A stretch of DNA of 54,867 nucleotides, from NCBI GenBank assembly GCA_009602735.1, contig WELA01002438.1, positions 137,259 through 192,125 on the forward strand. Direction: 5' to 3'. This document shows positions 1 through 16,327 of the stretch, one piece after another. Both the position numbers and the translations under genes were made by a program. The number at the start of each line of letters is the position of its first letter. Within the stretch, counting starts at the first letter, position 1. Below the pieces are notes generated by a model that worked only from the letters and a program-made list of their open reading frames with translations, did no database searches and was not told the DNA's origin. The stretch is from Mesotaenium endlicherianum (Eukaryota).

Positions 1-325
1 CAAGCGCCAGAGTAACGCTTTGGTGTCTAAGATGGTCAAGAAGCCCCACGGTTCCTACAATACAATTGAAGGAGACCAGGCTGAGGATAATCAGGGTGAT
101 GACTATGAGTATGAGTACAATGCTATTCAGTCTAGAGGTAGAGGTGGTCCCTCTCGAGGTGGCTATGGAAGGGGTGGTGGTAGGACTAAGCCGAGACCAG
201 CCTCAGCAAAATCTACTTGCTACCATTGTCAGCAGAAAGGCCACTACAGAGAACAGTGTCCGGTCAAGCACCTGCCTAAGGTCGAGAGAAAAGACCAGCC
301 TTTAAAAGACAGCAACAGTCAGTAA
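1..325 (+). CDS. gag: Gag C-terminus (partial), family A copy 1
   Basis: RGG-rich segment and CCHC zinc knuckle [14 protein letters not shown]; matches the end of ORF 27928-29406. Confidence 0.93.
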   Translation, partial: KRQSNALVSKMVKKPHGSYNTIEGDQAEDNQGDDYEYEYNAIQSRGRGGPSRGGYGRGGGRTKPRPASAKSTCYHCQQKGHYREQCPVKHLPKVERKDQPLKDSNSQ

Positions 326-342
326 TCCAGTCTACTGACTGT
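301..342 (+). promoter_or_regulatory. Putative -1 ribosomal frameshift signal
   Basis: T TTA AAA heptamer in gag phase (301-307), 7-nt spacer, perfect 10-bp stem ACAGTCAGTA/TACTGACTGT (315-342); pol is in the -1 frame and open from here. Confidence 0.8.
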
Positions 343-3300
343 GAGGATGCTAGAGATAGTGAGTCGTCACTAGCTGCCCTCGTAGCAGGTATTATGGGTC
401 CTGCTGAACTGGATTCACTATGCATGCCTGACAACCAGATAAAGGAGACCATCAGCAATATAGACGTCCAGAGAGTGCACACTCTGGATGCTCTTGTTCC
501 ACCTGATGTCCAACATTTCTTTGCTACGTCAGGAGAACAATGCGAAAGTCAGGAAAAGACAGTCCCCCCTATCCTACTGCATTGCATGATTGCAGGTAGG
601 AAGGTGAGGGCATTTGTTGACGGAGGGGCGTCACATACTTTTATCCACAAGGACTTAGTTAAGCGGCTAAGGCTGCCTACTGTCACCCAAGGGAATAGAA
701 AAATATTCCTTGGAGATGCCTCAAGTATCCCGGGAGGAGTTATAACCAAGCCTATTGAGGTCCAGTTAGGTTCTGGCATTGCAGTTCTAACTGAAACGCT
801 TACATTTGAGGTACTCAACACTGGCTTTTATGATCTCGTGCTAGGCAGGTCCTGGCTTAATAGACATCAAGCTGAAGTGTGTTGGAGCAGAGGTACAGTT
901 AAAGTGAGAGGAGCCAGTGATGGGCAGACTGACTTGGCACCCACCAGTGCTCTTCCTCTTGTCCTGTGTGGATGGCAAATGAAGGAAAAGAAGAGGCTTC
1001 CAGAAGGATGCAAGTTGCTGAATGCAATGGAGTTCGTCAAAAGCTGGAACCAGAAGGAAGACAGAATGTTCTGTCTGCTGCTAAGAGAGGTACCTCCTCA
1101 ACCTGAAGAAGTGGTTGAGAAAAAGGTACACCCTCCGGAACACCCTACTGCTGCAAACATTGTTGCTCAGTACACGGATGTGTTTAATATGCCTCCAGGA
1201 CTACCCCCTAAGCGGGAAGTAGATCATAGGATTGATTTATTACCTGGTAGCCAGCCACCCTGGCAACGCACGTATGGCTTGTCTTATTTGGAGAGTGAGG
1301 AGTTGAAAACACAGATTGCAGAGCTGGAGGAAAATGGTTACATTTCTCCCAGTAAATCACCGTACGGCGCACCTATCCTATTTGTTAAGAAAAAGGATGG
1401 CAGTATGCGGATGTGTGTGGATTACAGAGCCCTGAACAGAATTACAGTAAAGAACAAGTATGCTTTACCCAGAATCGAGGACTTGCTTGATACCCTGTCT
1501 GGCGCTAAGGTGTTCAGTAAGATAGATCTCAAGAGTGGTTATCATCAAATCAGAATTGCTGAGGGGGATGAACACAAGACTGCTTTCCGCACACGTTATG
1601 GACACTATGAGTTCAACGTGATGCCATTTGGACTGACTAATGCTCCTGCTACCTTTATGGGTGCTATGAATGACATTTTCAGACCTTATTTGGATAAGTT
1701 TGTGCAAGTTTTCCTGGATGATATTTTAATTTTCTCTAAAGATGAAGCTCAGCACACTGAACACTTAAAGAAAGTGCTGGACACTCTGCGGAAAAATCAC
1801 TTGTATGCTAAAATGAGCAAGTGTGATTTCTTTAAGGAAAGTATTGAATTCTTAGGCCACGTTGTCAGTAAAGAGGGCATCAGTGTGGATCCTAAGAAAG
1901 TCCAGACCATAAGGGACTGGCCAGTACCACAGTCTGTCTCTGAAGTTAGATCCTTCCTCGGGTTGGCTAACTACTATAGGAGATTTATTGAGAATTATTC
2001 CACAAAGGCCAGTAAACTGACTGACCTTACTAAGAAAGACATCGGGTATGTGTGGGGGGAAGAGCAGCAGGCTGCCTTCCAGACCCTTAAAGATGCCCTT
2101 TGTTCTGCCCCAGTGCTAGCCGTGTATGACCCCAGCAAACCGGTGCAGGTGGTTACTGATGCCTCTGATTTTGCCATGGGTGCTATTTTGTTGCAGCCTG
2201 CTGACAAAACCACAAAGGATGGTAAGGTACGGCAGGAGTGGCATCCTGTGTTGTATGAGTCTATGAAATTTAATCCAGCGGAGATTAATTACTCAGTGCA
2301 TGATAAAGAGCTGCTAGCTATCATTCATGTACTCAAACAGTGGAGAGCATACTTACATGGTAAAGCTTTTAAGGTGATTACAGATCATCTAGCTCTGACC
2401 CACTTTCAGAAGAAGTCCAAGCTGTCGAGGAGGGAGAACCGCTGGAGCCAGATGCTGGAGCAGTTCCAAGTCCAGATCGACTACAAACCAGGGAAGTTGA
2501 ATCCTGCTGATGCACTCTCTAGAAGACCTGACTTGCAAGAAAGGAACTTTAGTCAGCATACTGTAGATAAAGTCCTGTGTGCACTCACTTCACTAAAGGT
2601 GAAAAAGTCCTTCCTTGAACAACTTAGGAAAGCCTACCTTTCTGACCCAACATTTGAGCCCAGCCCCACTACTGGTATGTGTCGTGCTACCGCACTCGGG
2701 TATAAGCTCAAGGGAGGGGTCTGGGTGACTGAAACCACTTCAGGCAGGCTGAAGCTGGTCATTCCTAATAATTTGGAAATAAGGTCTCTCTTACTGAGTC
2801 AAGCTCATGACAGTCTCCTGGGTGGACATTTGGGGCAGGCCAAAACTGTTGGCAAACTGGCAAAACATTATCATTGGGAGGGGTTACCCCGGGAGGTCTT
2901 GAAATATGTCAAGTCCTGTGACCAGTGTCAGAGAAATAAGTCTCGGCACACACCACCCGGAGGTCTCTTGCAACCGCTACCCATCCCAGCGGGACGCTGG
3001 GAAACTATATCCATGGACTGGGTGGTCTCACTACCAAGAACTGCCAACGGGCATGATTCAATACTGGTAGTCGTGGATAAACTGACAAAAATGGTCATTT
3101 TTATCCCCACAACTGTCAAAGTGACTGCACTCGAAACAGCGAGACAGTTTTACAACCATGTAGTATGCCAACATGGGCTCCCTTCTAATATCATCTCAGA
3201 CAGAGACTCAAAATTCACCTCTAAGTTCTGGAGAGCTTTAATGGGGTTAATGGGAGTCAAACAGCTGCTCAGCACAGCAAACCACCCTCAGACTGATGGG

Positions 3301-4110
3301 CAGACTGAAAGAACTAACCGAGTTCTGCAGGAGGTGCTGAGAGCATATATTAACCAAAAACAAGATAATTGGGATGACCTGTTGCCTCAAATTCAGTTTG
3401 CGGTCAACAGTGCGGTGCACGCGTCAACGGGCAAAACTCCTTTTGAACTCAGCCTGGGTAGAGTCCCTAAGTCTCCTCTAGATGTGCTAGGGGAATCTTT
3501 AACTCACCCTGAAGGGATTGACAACCCGGTCTCCCTCCAGTTAACTCAGGAGTTTGCTGACACCCTGTCAGAAGTCCAACGAAACTTGCACACGGCCCAA
3601 GAAAACCAACAAAAATACGCTAATCAACACCGTCGGGAACTGACATTTTCCAAGGGGGATTTAGTCAAACTGCATTCTCAGCACCTGTACCTCCCTGGTG
3701 TGGTCAAGAAAAAGCTTGGCCCTGTCTGGGTCGGTCCATATTCGGTGGTCCGTCGTGTCGGTCAGAATGCTTACAAACTGAACATGTCAGCTGAATACAA
3801 GGGGCACCCGGTCTTTAATGTCTCCTTCCTGGAACCGTACATCAAAGGTGATACACTGTTCACAGGTCGGTTCCCTGTCCAACCGGGACCGGTCCCCGCT
3901 GTCCGGGACGGCGACCCTGAGGAATATGAGGTCGATGAGATTTTAGACGCTCGCTCGGTCCGTCGATCGTCTAAATATGTCATGAAATACCTCATTCGAT
4001 GGAAGGGTTACGATGCCTCTGGGGACACTTGGGAGTTTAAGGACCACTTGACCAATGCCAAAGGGGCGTTGACACGGTTCCACCTTCGGGCCGCTGGAGT
4101 CCCTCCATAA
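301..4110 (+). CDS. pol: Pol polyprotein (aspartic protease, RT, RNase H, integrase, chromodomain); probably entered by frameshift, first ATG at 394
   Basis: FVDGGASH (protease), FLDDIL (RT), VTDASD (RNase H), HDSLLGGH...CDQC, SMDW/SDRD/QTER (integrase DDE), GPY motif, C-terminal YEVDEIL...YLIRWKGY...TWE chromodomain; uninterrupted. Confidence 0.96.
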   Translation, partial: FKRQQQSVIQSTDCEDARDSESSLAALVAGIMGPAELDSLCMPDNQIKETISNIDVQRVHTLDALVPPDVQHFFATSGEQCESQEKTVPPILLHCMIAGRKVRAFVDGGASHTFIHKDLVKRLRLPTVTQGNRKIFLGDASSIPGGVITKPIEVQLGSGIAVLTETLTFEVLNTGFYDLVLGRSWLNRHQAEVCWSRGTVKVRGASDGQTDLAPTSALPLVLCGWQMKEKKRLPEGCKLLNAMEFVKSWNQKEDRMFCLLLREVPPQPEEVVEKKVHPPEHPTAANIVAQYTDVFNMPPGLPPKREVDHRIDLLPGSQPPWQRTYGLSYLESEELKTQIAELEENGYISPSKSPYGAPILFVKKKDGSMRMCVDYRALNRITVKNKYALPRIEDLLDTLSGAKVFSKIDLKSGYHQIRIAEGDEHKTAFRTRYGHYEFNVMPFGLTNAPATFMGAMNDIFRPYLDKFVQVFLDDILIFSKDEAQHTEHLKKVLDTLRKNHLYAKMSKCDFFKESIEFLGHVVSKEGISVDPKKVQTIRDWPVPQSVSEVRSFLGLANYYRRFIENYSTKASKLTDLTKKDIGYVWGEEQQAAFQTLKDALCSAPVLAVYDPSKPVQVVTDASDFAMGAILLQPADKTTKDGKVRQEWHPVLYESMKFNPAEINYSVHDKELLAIIHVLKQWRAYLHGKAFKVITDHLALTHFQKKSKLSRRENRWSQMLEQFQVQIDYKPGKLNPADALSRRPDLQERNFSQHTVDKVLCALTSLKVKKSFLEQLRKAYLSDPTFEPSPTTGMCRATALGYKLKGGVWVTETTSGRLKLVIPNNLEIRSLLLSQAHDSLLGGHLGQAKTVGKLAKHYHWEGLPREVLKYVKSCDQCQRNKSRHTPPGGLLQPLPIPAGRWETISMDWVVSLPRTANGHDSILVVVDKLTKMVIFIPTTVKVTALETARQFYNHVVCQHGLPSNIISDRDSKFTSKFWRALMGLMGVKQLLSTANHPQTDGQTERTNRVLQEVLRAYINQKQDNWDDLLPQIQFAVNSAVHASTGKTPFELSLGRVPKSPLDVLGESLTHPEGIDNPVSLQLTQEFADTLSEVQRNLHTAQENQQKYANQHRRELTFSKGDLVKLHSQHLYLPGVVKKKLGPVWVGPYSVVRRVGQNAYKLNMSAEYKGHPVFNVSFLEPYIKGDTLFTGRFPVQPGPVPAVRDGDPEEYEVDEILDARSVRRSSKYVMKYLIRWKGYDASGDTWEFKDHLTNAKGALTRFHLRAAGVPP

Positions 4111-4377
4111 CTGTCATTTCAGTTGACACGGGAAGGTGACAGGCGGTCCTGTCTCCATTTAAGTTGGAGGGGAAAATATATGACAGTTAGTGAGCGAGAG
4201 CGATAAAAACACACTCATACGTTTATGTGTAGCGCATCGCAACTACGTCAACTTTTAGCAATCATCCTGTAAGGTAAACAGCAGCGAAGCCACTATACTA
4301 AATACTAACATACTTCCTGCAATCCCTATGACAAAGGTCCATATCCTACTAACTTGTGCCCTGGTTACATGTGCAGG

Positions 4378-6054
4378 ATGGCGCCCACCACACAAAAGGA
4401 GGACAGAAAGCGCAAGGCAGAAGAAGCCAGGAGGACAATGGAGCAATACCAGAAGGAGCTGGCGGCGACGTCCCTCACCAGGAGAGAACAAGAAAGGGTC
4501 CGCAAACAACAAGAGGCGGCAGAAGAGGCACAGAGGAAGAAGGATCAGGAAGCGGAAAACCTCAGGAAGGCTGAGGAGGAGAGACAGAAGAAACAGCAAG
4601 AAGAAGCGGCAGCGGCAGAAGAGGAGAAAAGAAAAAAGATTGAAGCGGACAGACAGAAGAGCTTGGCCACTTACAGGTATACTGTGGTGGGTGGCCAAAA
4701 CTTCGATAACCTGAAGGAAGCATTGCTGGCAGCCCAGGAGATCAACAGGCTGGAACAGACAACACTGCTACAGAAGGAAGGAGCTACAGCACTGGACAGG
4801 TACATCGAGACACACACCGGCGTGGTCCTTTACGAAGATTATGCTAAGATGGTGGGCTATACAGCAGAGCAGGCCCGGTATCTCGCAGATGATTCAGAGG
4901 ACAAGCCGGTCCCCATACCGGGAATAGTGGGAGATCAGAGACTCATCCGGATGGTGAGCATGCGGCCCGATAGCTTTAAGGATACGGTATTCTACCTCAC
5001 ACTCCTGCCAGCTTACAATGAAGTTGAGAGAAGGAGCTGGGAGTACTTGGCCAGGGAAGCAGGACAGCAGATGTTCTCTCCCCACTGGTTCCCGTGTAAA
5101 CTGAGGAAGGCTGAGCACGGACCCCAGTACTACCAGCAGCCAACAGACTGGAGGTGGATGACCGTCACAAATAAGAAGCAGGAGTGTGACCGAGCCCAAC
5201 CGGATGACTTCCACTATGGCCTAGACGGCTATCTCATCCTACCACCTCACATTGCCCCTTGGGACCCCAGGCTGAATGGATGCCTGAGCAATATGAATGC
5301 AGAGACCAAGGAACATAGGAGGAGGGGAAGAGACTACTTCTCTAAGGGAAAGCATGCCTTTGTCAAATGGGCAAAGAATGCAGGCCGGATAGATATCAGT
5401 AGGCTGAAGGCCAAGCAACCTCCAGCGCGCCCTAAGAAAGGGAGGTCGGTAGACTACTCCATGTCTACTAGGGAGCAGGACGACTTAGTGGACGAGACCC
5501 CTACTCTCTCCGAGGAGGAGGATGAGGAGGATGAGGAAGAAGAACAAGGCAGAGGAGAAGCATCAGCAGCAGGTACTCAGGATACCCAGGGACAGGCAGT
5601 GGCACTTCCTAAAGAACCACGATCAGGTGTGTGGAATGTGATCCCCGTTATGGCGACAACTGGACCCCGCGCTCGCTCCCCCAGCCCACCTGCCCAAGCA
5701 GGGGAAGAAGCTGATCTGACTGTACTGGGCAGCAGACACAGACAGAAATCCCCAGAGGACAGGGGTGCCAGAAGAGGGACACGCGGGTGGGCCAGAGGTA
5801 TGCCAGCCTCCCCCTCCGCTCAGGGGCATGTACCTCTAGCCAATGTATTTCAGCATCCTACTGGAATGCCTGTCTATGTGGGAATCAACACCCAAGTGGT
5901 TGAAGAGCAGGCCACCATCCTCCGTTCTCCTCGAGGGCCAACTTTAGAGCAAACAGGGTTCTTTAGAAGGCCAGCTGACAGACCTAGAGGGCTGTCCAGA
6001 TCTAGGTCCAGATCTCCGTCTCCTGACCCTGAAGCCCCAGGAACAACCCCTTAA
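4378..6054 (+). CDS. Additional ORF3 of family A (558 aa from ATG 4378), unknown function
   Basis: Long open frame between pol and the 3' LTR; same protein in both copies, with only synonymous differences seen; charged coiled-coil-like N-terminus, aromatic-rich centre, acidic and RS-rich tail. Confidence 0.85.
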   Translation: MAPTTQKEDRKRKAEEARRTMEQYQKELAATSLTRREQERVRKQQEAAEEAQRKKDQEAENLRKAEEERQKKQQEEAAAAEEEKRKKIEADRQKSLATYRYTVVGGQNFDNLKEALLAAQEINRLEQTTLLQKEGATALDRYIETHTGVVLYEDYAKMVGYTAEQARYLADDSEDKPVPIPGIVGDQRLIRMVSMRPDSFKDTVFYLTLLPAYNEVERRSWEYLAREAGQQMFSPHWFPCKLRKAEHGPQYYQQPTDWRWMTVTNKKQECDRAQPDDFHYGLDGYLILPPHIAPWDPRLNGCLSNMNAETKEHRRRGRDYFSKGKHAFVKWAKNAGRIDISRLKAKQPPARPKKGRSVDYSMSTREQDDLVDETPTLSEEEDEEDEEEEQGRGEASAAGTQDTQGQAVALPKEPRSGVWNVIPVMATTGPRARSPSPPAQAGEEADLTVLGSRHRQKSPEDRGARRGTRGWARGMPASPSAQGHVPLANVFQHPTGMPVYVGINTQVVEEQATILRSPRGPTLEQTGFFRRPADRPRGLSRSRSRSPSPDPEAPGTTP

Positions 6055-6167
6055 GGTGACACGCTGAAGAGGCAGTCAGTAAGGGAGGCTGGTCAGGTTC
6101 AGTTCCCTTATTTAAAATTTCTGCAGTTTAATGTTGTCGAGGCGACAACAAGTTAAGTTGGAGGGAT

Positions 6168-6888
6168 TGTAATGAATCAGTATATTAGTGGATATAATAT
6201 TCATTTAAATATAATAGTTAATTAAGTTCAGCCTGCTGAACTTTAGTTAATAGTCAGTCTGCTGGACTTTACATAATTATCAGTTTGCTGACTCAGTCGA
6301 AAGCAGCAGGCTGAAAGTCCATATAAGTCAGCTTGCTGACACATTCTTTGACAGCAAGCTGACTTCCGTACTCGGTAGCAGCGAACTGCCTTGATATGCA
6401 TCTAAGTGCGATATGCTAGATGAATGGCCAGATGACATCCCTATGATGGATGGCTATTCGGGATGATGGGAGATGGCGGTGGATTTGGTTAACCGAGGTC
6501 CTACCAACGTGGTTAACTCCCGGGTAGGCGGTGCCATCGCACTGACCGTTGAACAGTAAACTCATTCCATGTACATACGCTAGGCATTGCTCTCGAGTTC
6601 GGCATTCGGAAACGAGGCCAACTCTCTTGTACAGCTTACTGAGAGAGATCTGAATCCAAGGCGAGAAGCCATTGATACGCACTGTCTTCTAACCTTGCTT
6701 ATGTATGAGTTTACTGATTTGCATTATTGATGCTAGTTTACTCTCATTTGACTGACGAGTAGTATTCCCTGCTAGTGTATTGCCCTTTGCCGTTTAAACG
6801 AGTTAACGGAAATACCATAAAGATTACTTGCTGATATAAAGATCTTTATTAATTGTTAATCGCCTATTTGGTAAGTCTATTCATTTCA
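6168..6888 (+). repeat. 3' LTR of family A copy 1 (721 bp)
   Basis: TG...CA termini, directly after the PPT-like tract; homologous to 27149-27893 and 35246-35990 but with one fewer ~25-bp internal repeat unit. Confidence 0.95.
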
Positions 6889-7988
6889 CTAAGGCTCTGA
6901 GACGATTCTGGAGACGAGAGTTTTGCTCTGCTCTATGTTGTGCTGCTCTCTCACGGAGGATTGACATGAAAAAATGCGTACTCTAGTAGCACTATGCACA
7001 GTGTGCATTGCAATGATTTACTAACTGTTGTCATGCTGTTTAAGTAGTGCTATCTTTCTATTTTGTCTAAGCTAGACTTTAACTTCGAGAATGACATTGA
7101 GTTATCTAGGGTTCTTGAAGTTGACGTTTTGGCATCGAGAATTCAGATCAAATCTTCAGTTTGCACCAATCGATGGTAAATCTTGAGTAGCGGTGTAAAT
7201 TGATGGTAAATATGTATTTTTCCTAAAAAAGGGGGCCACTCTGGGCCTCTCTTGTCTTGCTTTCTCATCGATCCGAGCTGGCCGAAGTCTTGACTTTATT
7301 GGACGGGCTACGACTTTCCTTGCTTTGTCTGGCTTTGTCATACTTTTGTCACCGTTGTAAGTTGTCACCCCTCACATCCGGCTTCGCCCAAGCATCGCCA
7401 AGCTTCTCGTACGTGACCAGTTTTCATTCTCACGACTCATGCTCATGCTGAATCCTAGTATTTTCACCCGAATCGCCCGTCTAGTATGGTCTAGTGCGGT
7501 CTAGAGCAGTCCAGTGTACTTACTTGGACGTCCTATATGGCACTCGTACGTGTTCTTGATCATGACTTGTCAATATTGCTCAGCCATGCTCAGCTATGCT
7601 CACGTGCATGTGCTCCAAGAAAGCACCAGGAGTCCTGCTGACTTGGCTGCGCACCGCTATACCGTGACCTCGACATGCTCCCAGGACGTTGCTTAAGACA
7701 GGCTTGCGACTTCAACAGGCAGAGGGAGAGCACGGAAGATGGTTCTAGACGACGCACAGGAGTCCCACAATCAAGCAGAGCTCCTTGTATGATAATTTTA
7801 GAGCAAAATTTGCAGTCGAAAAATTGGATGAATAAGACAAGTTGGCAAGTGGTATATGTTGAAAGCACAAATTCTCCATTCACATTTTTTTTGAAAGCTA
7901 TATCAATAACTGTAACTTGTGAGCGTTCACACTAAATTGTTCTTCACAATAGCATATTTTCTTTGTGAGCTCATTCTTTATCGTCACA

Positions 7989-14334
<6,346 letters not shown>

Positions 14335-14772
14335 GGGGTGTGATGTGTGTTTCATGTGTAAATTTTTTGTGTATATAAGGTTAAGTATAGTTGATATATA
14401 GGAGTACTAACGGAGGAGGTCTAGTTTCTAGTCAGGAAAAAGTATAGCGGAGAAATGCGTCTGATAGTTGTCAAAACATTCGAGGTCAAAGCCAGCTTGG
14501 TGGGTGCTATGAGTTCAAGATTAGAATTGGAAATGGGGGGATAGAGTCCTCGTCACTTGTACATTACTTGGTAGTGAATTTTATGTGGAACACGAGCCAT
14601 TTGCTTGTGTTCACGAGTTGGGAAATGTATCGATGGCAGCATGTGCCTGAAAAAGTAATACCTGCCGAATGCTCTTTATCAAGGTGTCCCAATAAAGAGA
14701 TGACATTTGATCAAGTGAAATTTGTACTATTTCATCATGCGTGTAGGATTTGGGGACCCAATATTGTGCCTC

Positions 14773-15029
14773 TGCCACAGAGACCGGGTTGCATTAATCA
14801 CGTGTAGATTGGATTGGGAACTGAGTGACTTATTATCTGACATGATTGAGGGATTGATGATCTTGAACCACTCTGGAGTGATGAATCTGTATTCCTTCTA
14901 GAATTTGGAACTTAGGCTGTGAATGCACATATATTTGCCATAGAGAATGGGTTGCAATAATCATGCGTGTAAGTTAGATTGGGATTCGGCTTATGTGACA
15001 TGATTGAGGGATTGATAAGTCTGAACTAC
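14773..15029. repeat. Degenerate ~163-bp tandem duplication whose second unit is split by element B (continues at ~37180-37245)
   Basis: TGCCACAGAGA at 14773 vs TGCCATAGAGA at 14936; GACATGATTGAGGGATTGAT in both units; the unit-1 continuation CTGGAGTGATGAAT is matched by CCGGAGTGATGAAT at 37181. Confidence 0.8.
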
Positions 15030-15165
15030 TGTCGTGCGGTAGGAGGTCGGGTGCGTATCAACGACACAAGCAATGCATAATATGCAAGCAGGCTGTGCTG
15101 CAATGAAGTCTATAATACATGTGGCTTTATAGCCAAACGATAGTCACGCGTCAAATGGTTTAATT
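15030..15165 (-). repeat. Element B repeat Y, terminal copy (136 bp)
   Basis: Direct repeat of 16179-16314 with 2 differences; carries the element 3' end. Confidence 0.95.
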
Positions 15166-16176
15166 AAGGAGTGTGTACTCTCCAGAGTGAGCACCTCAAG
15201 ACTGTAATCTGGTAGGAACACAACTAATGAAGTCTGGCCCAAAAGATCACTGGAAGCACATCATGATCTTCAAGAGTAGTCCTATGGCAGGGGGTATAAG
15301 CTGTGACTTTGCTCACCACTTGTGAAGTTCTTCTAGTGATTGGAAGCCAGCAAGGCTTGCTCTTCACAAGAGAGAGACTAAGTGATCCTGAAAACACAAG
15401 AGATAAAAGTGTAAGCTTTACTGATAATCTCTGTGACTTACAACTGGCATAATGGGACTTCTAAAAAGATGTTCCTCTAGGGACATCTCTAGCACTTATA
15501 CTCCTGAAAACCCGGCGTCGTATGCGGCGGATCCAATGCATGTAGTCACTCTAGGAGGCTCTCCTATGTCCACTAATGTGTACAAGGCATGTACTAGCAC
15601 TCCTATAGGCTAAGCATAACTCAAACCAATCAAAGCAAAGCACGTAGAATATGCTAAGTGTCTCTCATTGGTGGAGCTTACCTTGGGTAGTTCTACCTAG
15701 ATAGCGCCTCAAAAGTGAATCTGAAACTTGAGGAAGCTTCCTCTAGAAGTAGGTGATGCAGTCACCAAGTTATAGCCTCAATGATGCACTTATACTATGG
15801 AAATGCAAGACTTATGTAGTCTAAAGGGCTCGCGGATTTGTGCGCACAAAGCTAGGGGTCCTTGGGGTCACGAATAGTCAACATTGTCACCTTTGGGTGC
15901 ATTGAGTCACAAGTTGGCCATTTGGTGTGATTCCGCTAGGTGCCGAAAGGAGTGCGGACTAGATCGCGTCTATCTCGCTCGATAATTAACCAAATGACGC
16001 GAAACCGGTGCCATTCGGAAGATGCTTCGACGCGCTACACTTTGGTGACTCGGAAATCTAGAGAAGGTCAACATATGGATGCGTAAAGTCAATGCAAAGT
16101 TGGTCTTCCTAGGTTGATGGTTCACACACGTAGAGCTTGGGTTTGTACGTCAACCTCGACTTAATAATACATGACA
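15166..16176 (-). repeat. Element B repeat X, 3' copy (~1011 bp)
   Basis: Direct repeat of 36174-37175; roughly 15 substitutions plus 1-bp and 8-bp indels by eye. Confidence 0.95.
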
Positions 16177-16178
16177 GC

Positions 16179-16314
16179 TGTTGTGCGGTAGGAGGTCGGG
16201 TGCGTATCAACGACACAAGCAATGCATAATATGCAAGCAGGCTGTGCTGCAATGAAGTCTATAATACATGTGGCTTTATAGCCAAACGATAGTCACGCGT
16301 CAAATGTTTTAATT
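16179..16314 (-). repeat. Element B repeat Y, internal copy (136 bp)
   Basis: Lies between the G8 tract (16315-16322 on minus) and repeat X, separated from X by the dinucleotide GC. Confidence 0.95.
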
Positions 16315-16327
16315 CCCCCCCCAGCTC

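Larger units (their letters stand above)
1..6888 (+). mobile_element. Ty3/gypsy chromovirus LTR retrotransposon, family A copy 1 (5' part outside window)
   Basis: gag C-terminus, pol in PR-RT-RH-IN-chromodomain order, extra ORF, PPT-like tract 6153-6167 and 3' LTR 6168-6888 (TGTAATGAATC...TCATTTCA); nearly identical to 29082-35990. Confidence 0.97.

Noticed and set aside
4378..6054. ORF3 as an envelope gene
   Set aside because: No signal peptide or transmembrane segment; the protein is highly hydrophilic.
6416..6682. 88-aa minus-strand ORF repeated at 27422 and 35519
   Set aside because: Lies inside the LTR, so its recurrence only reflects LTR identity; non-ATG start and no motifs.
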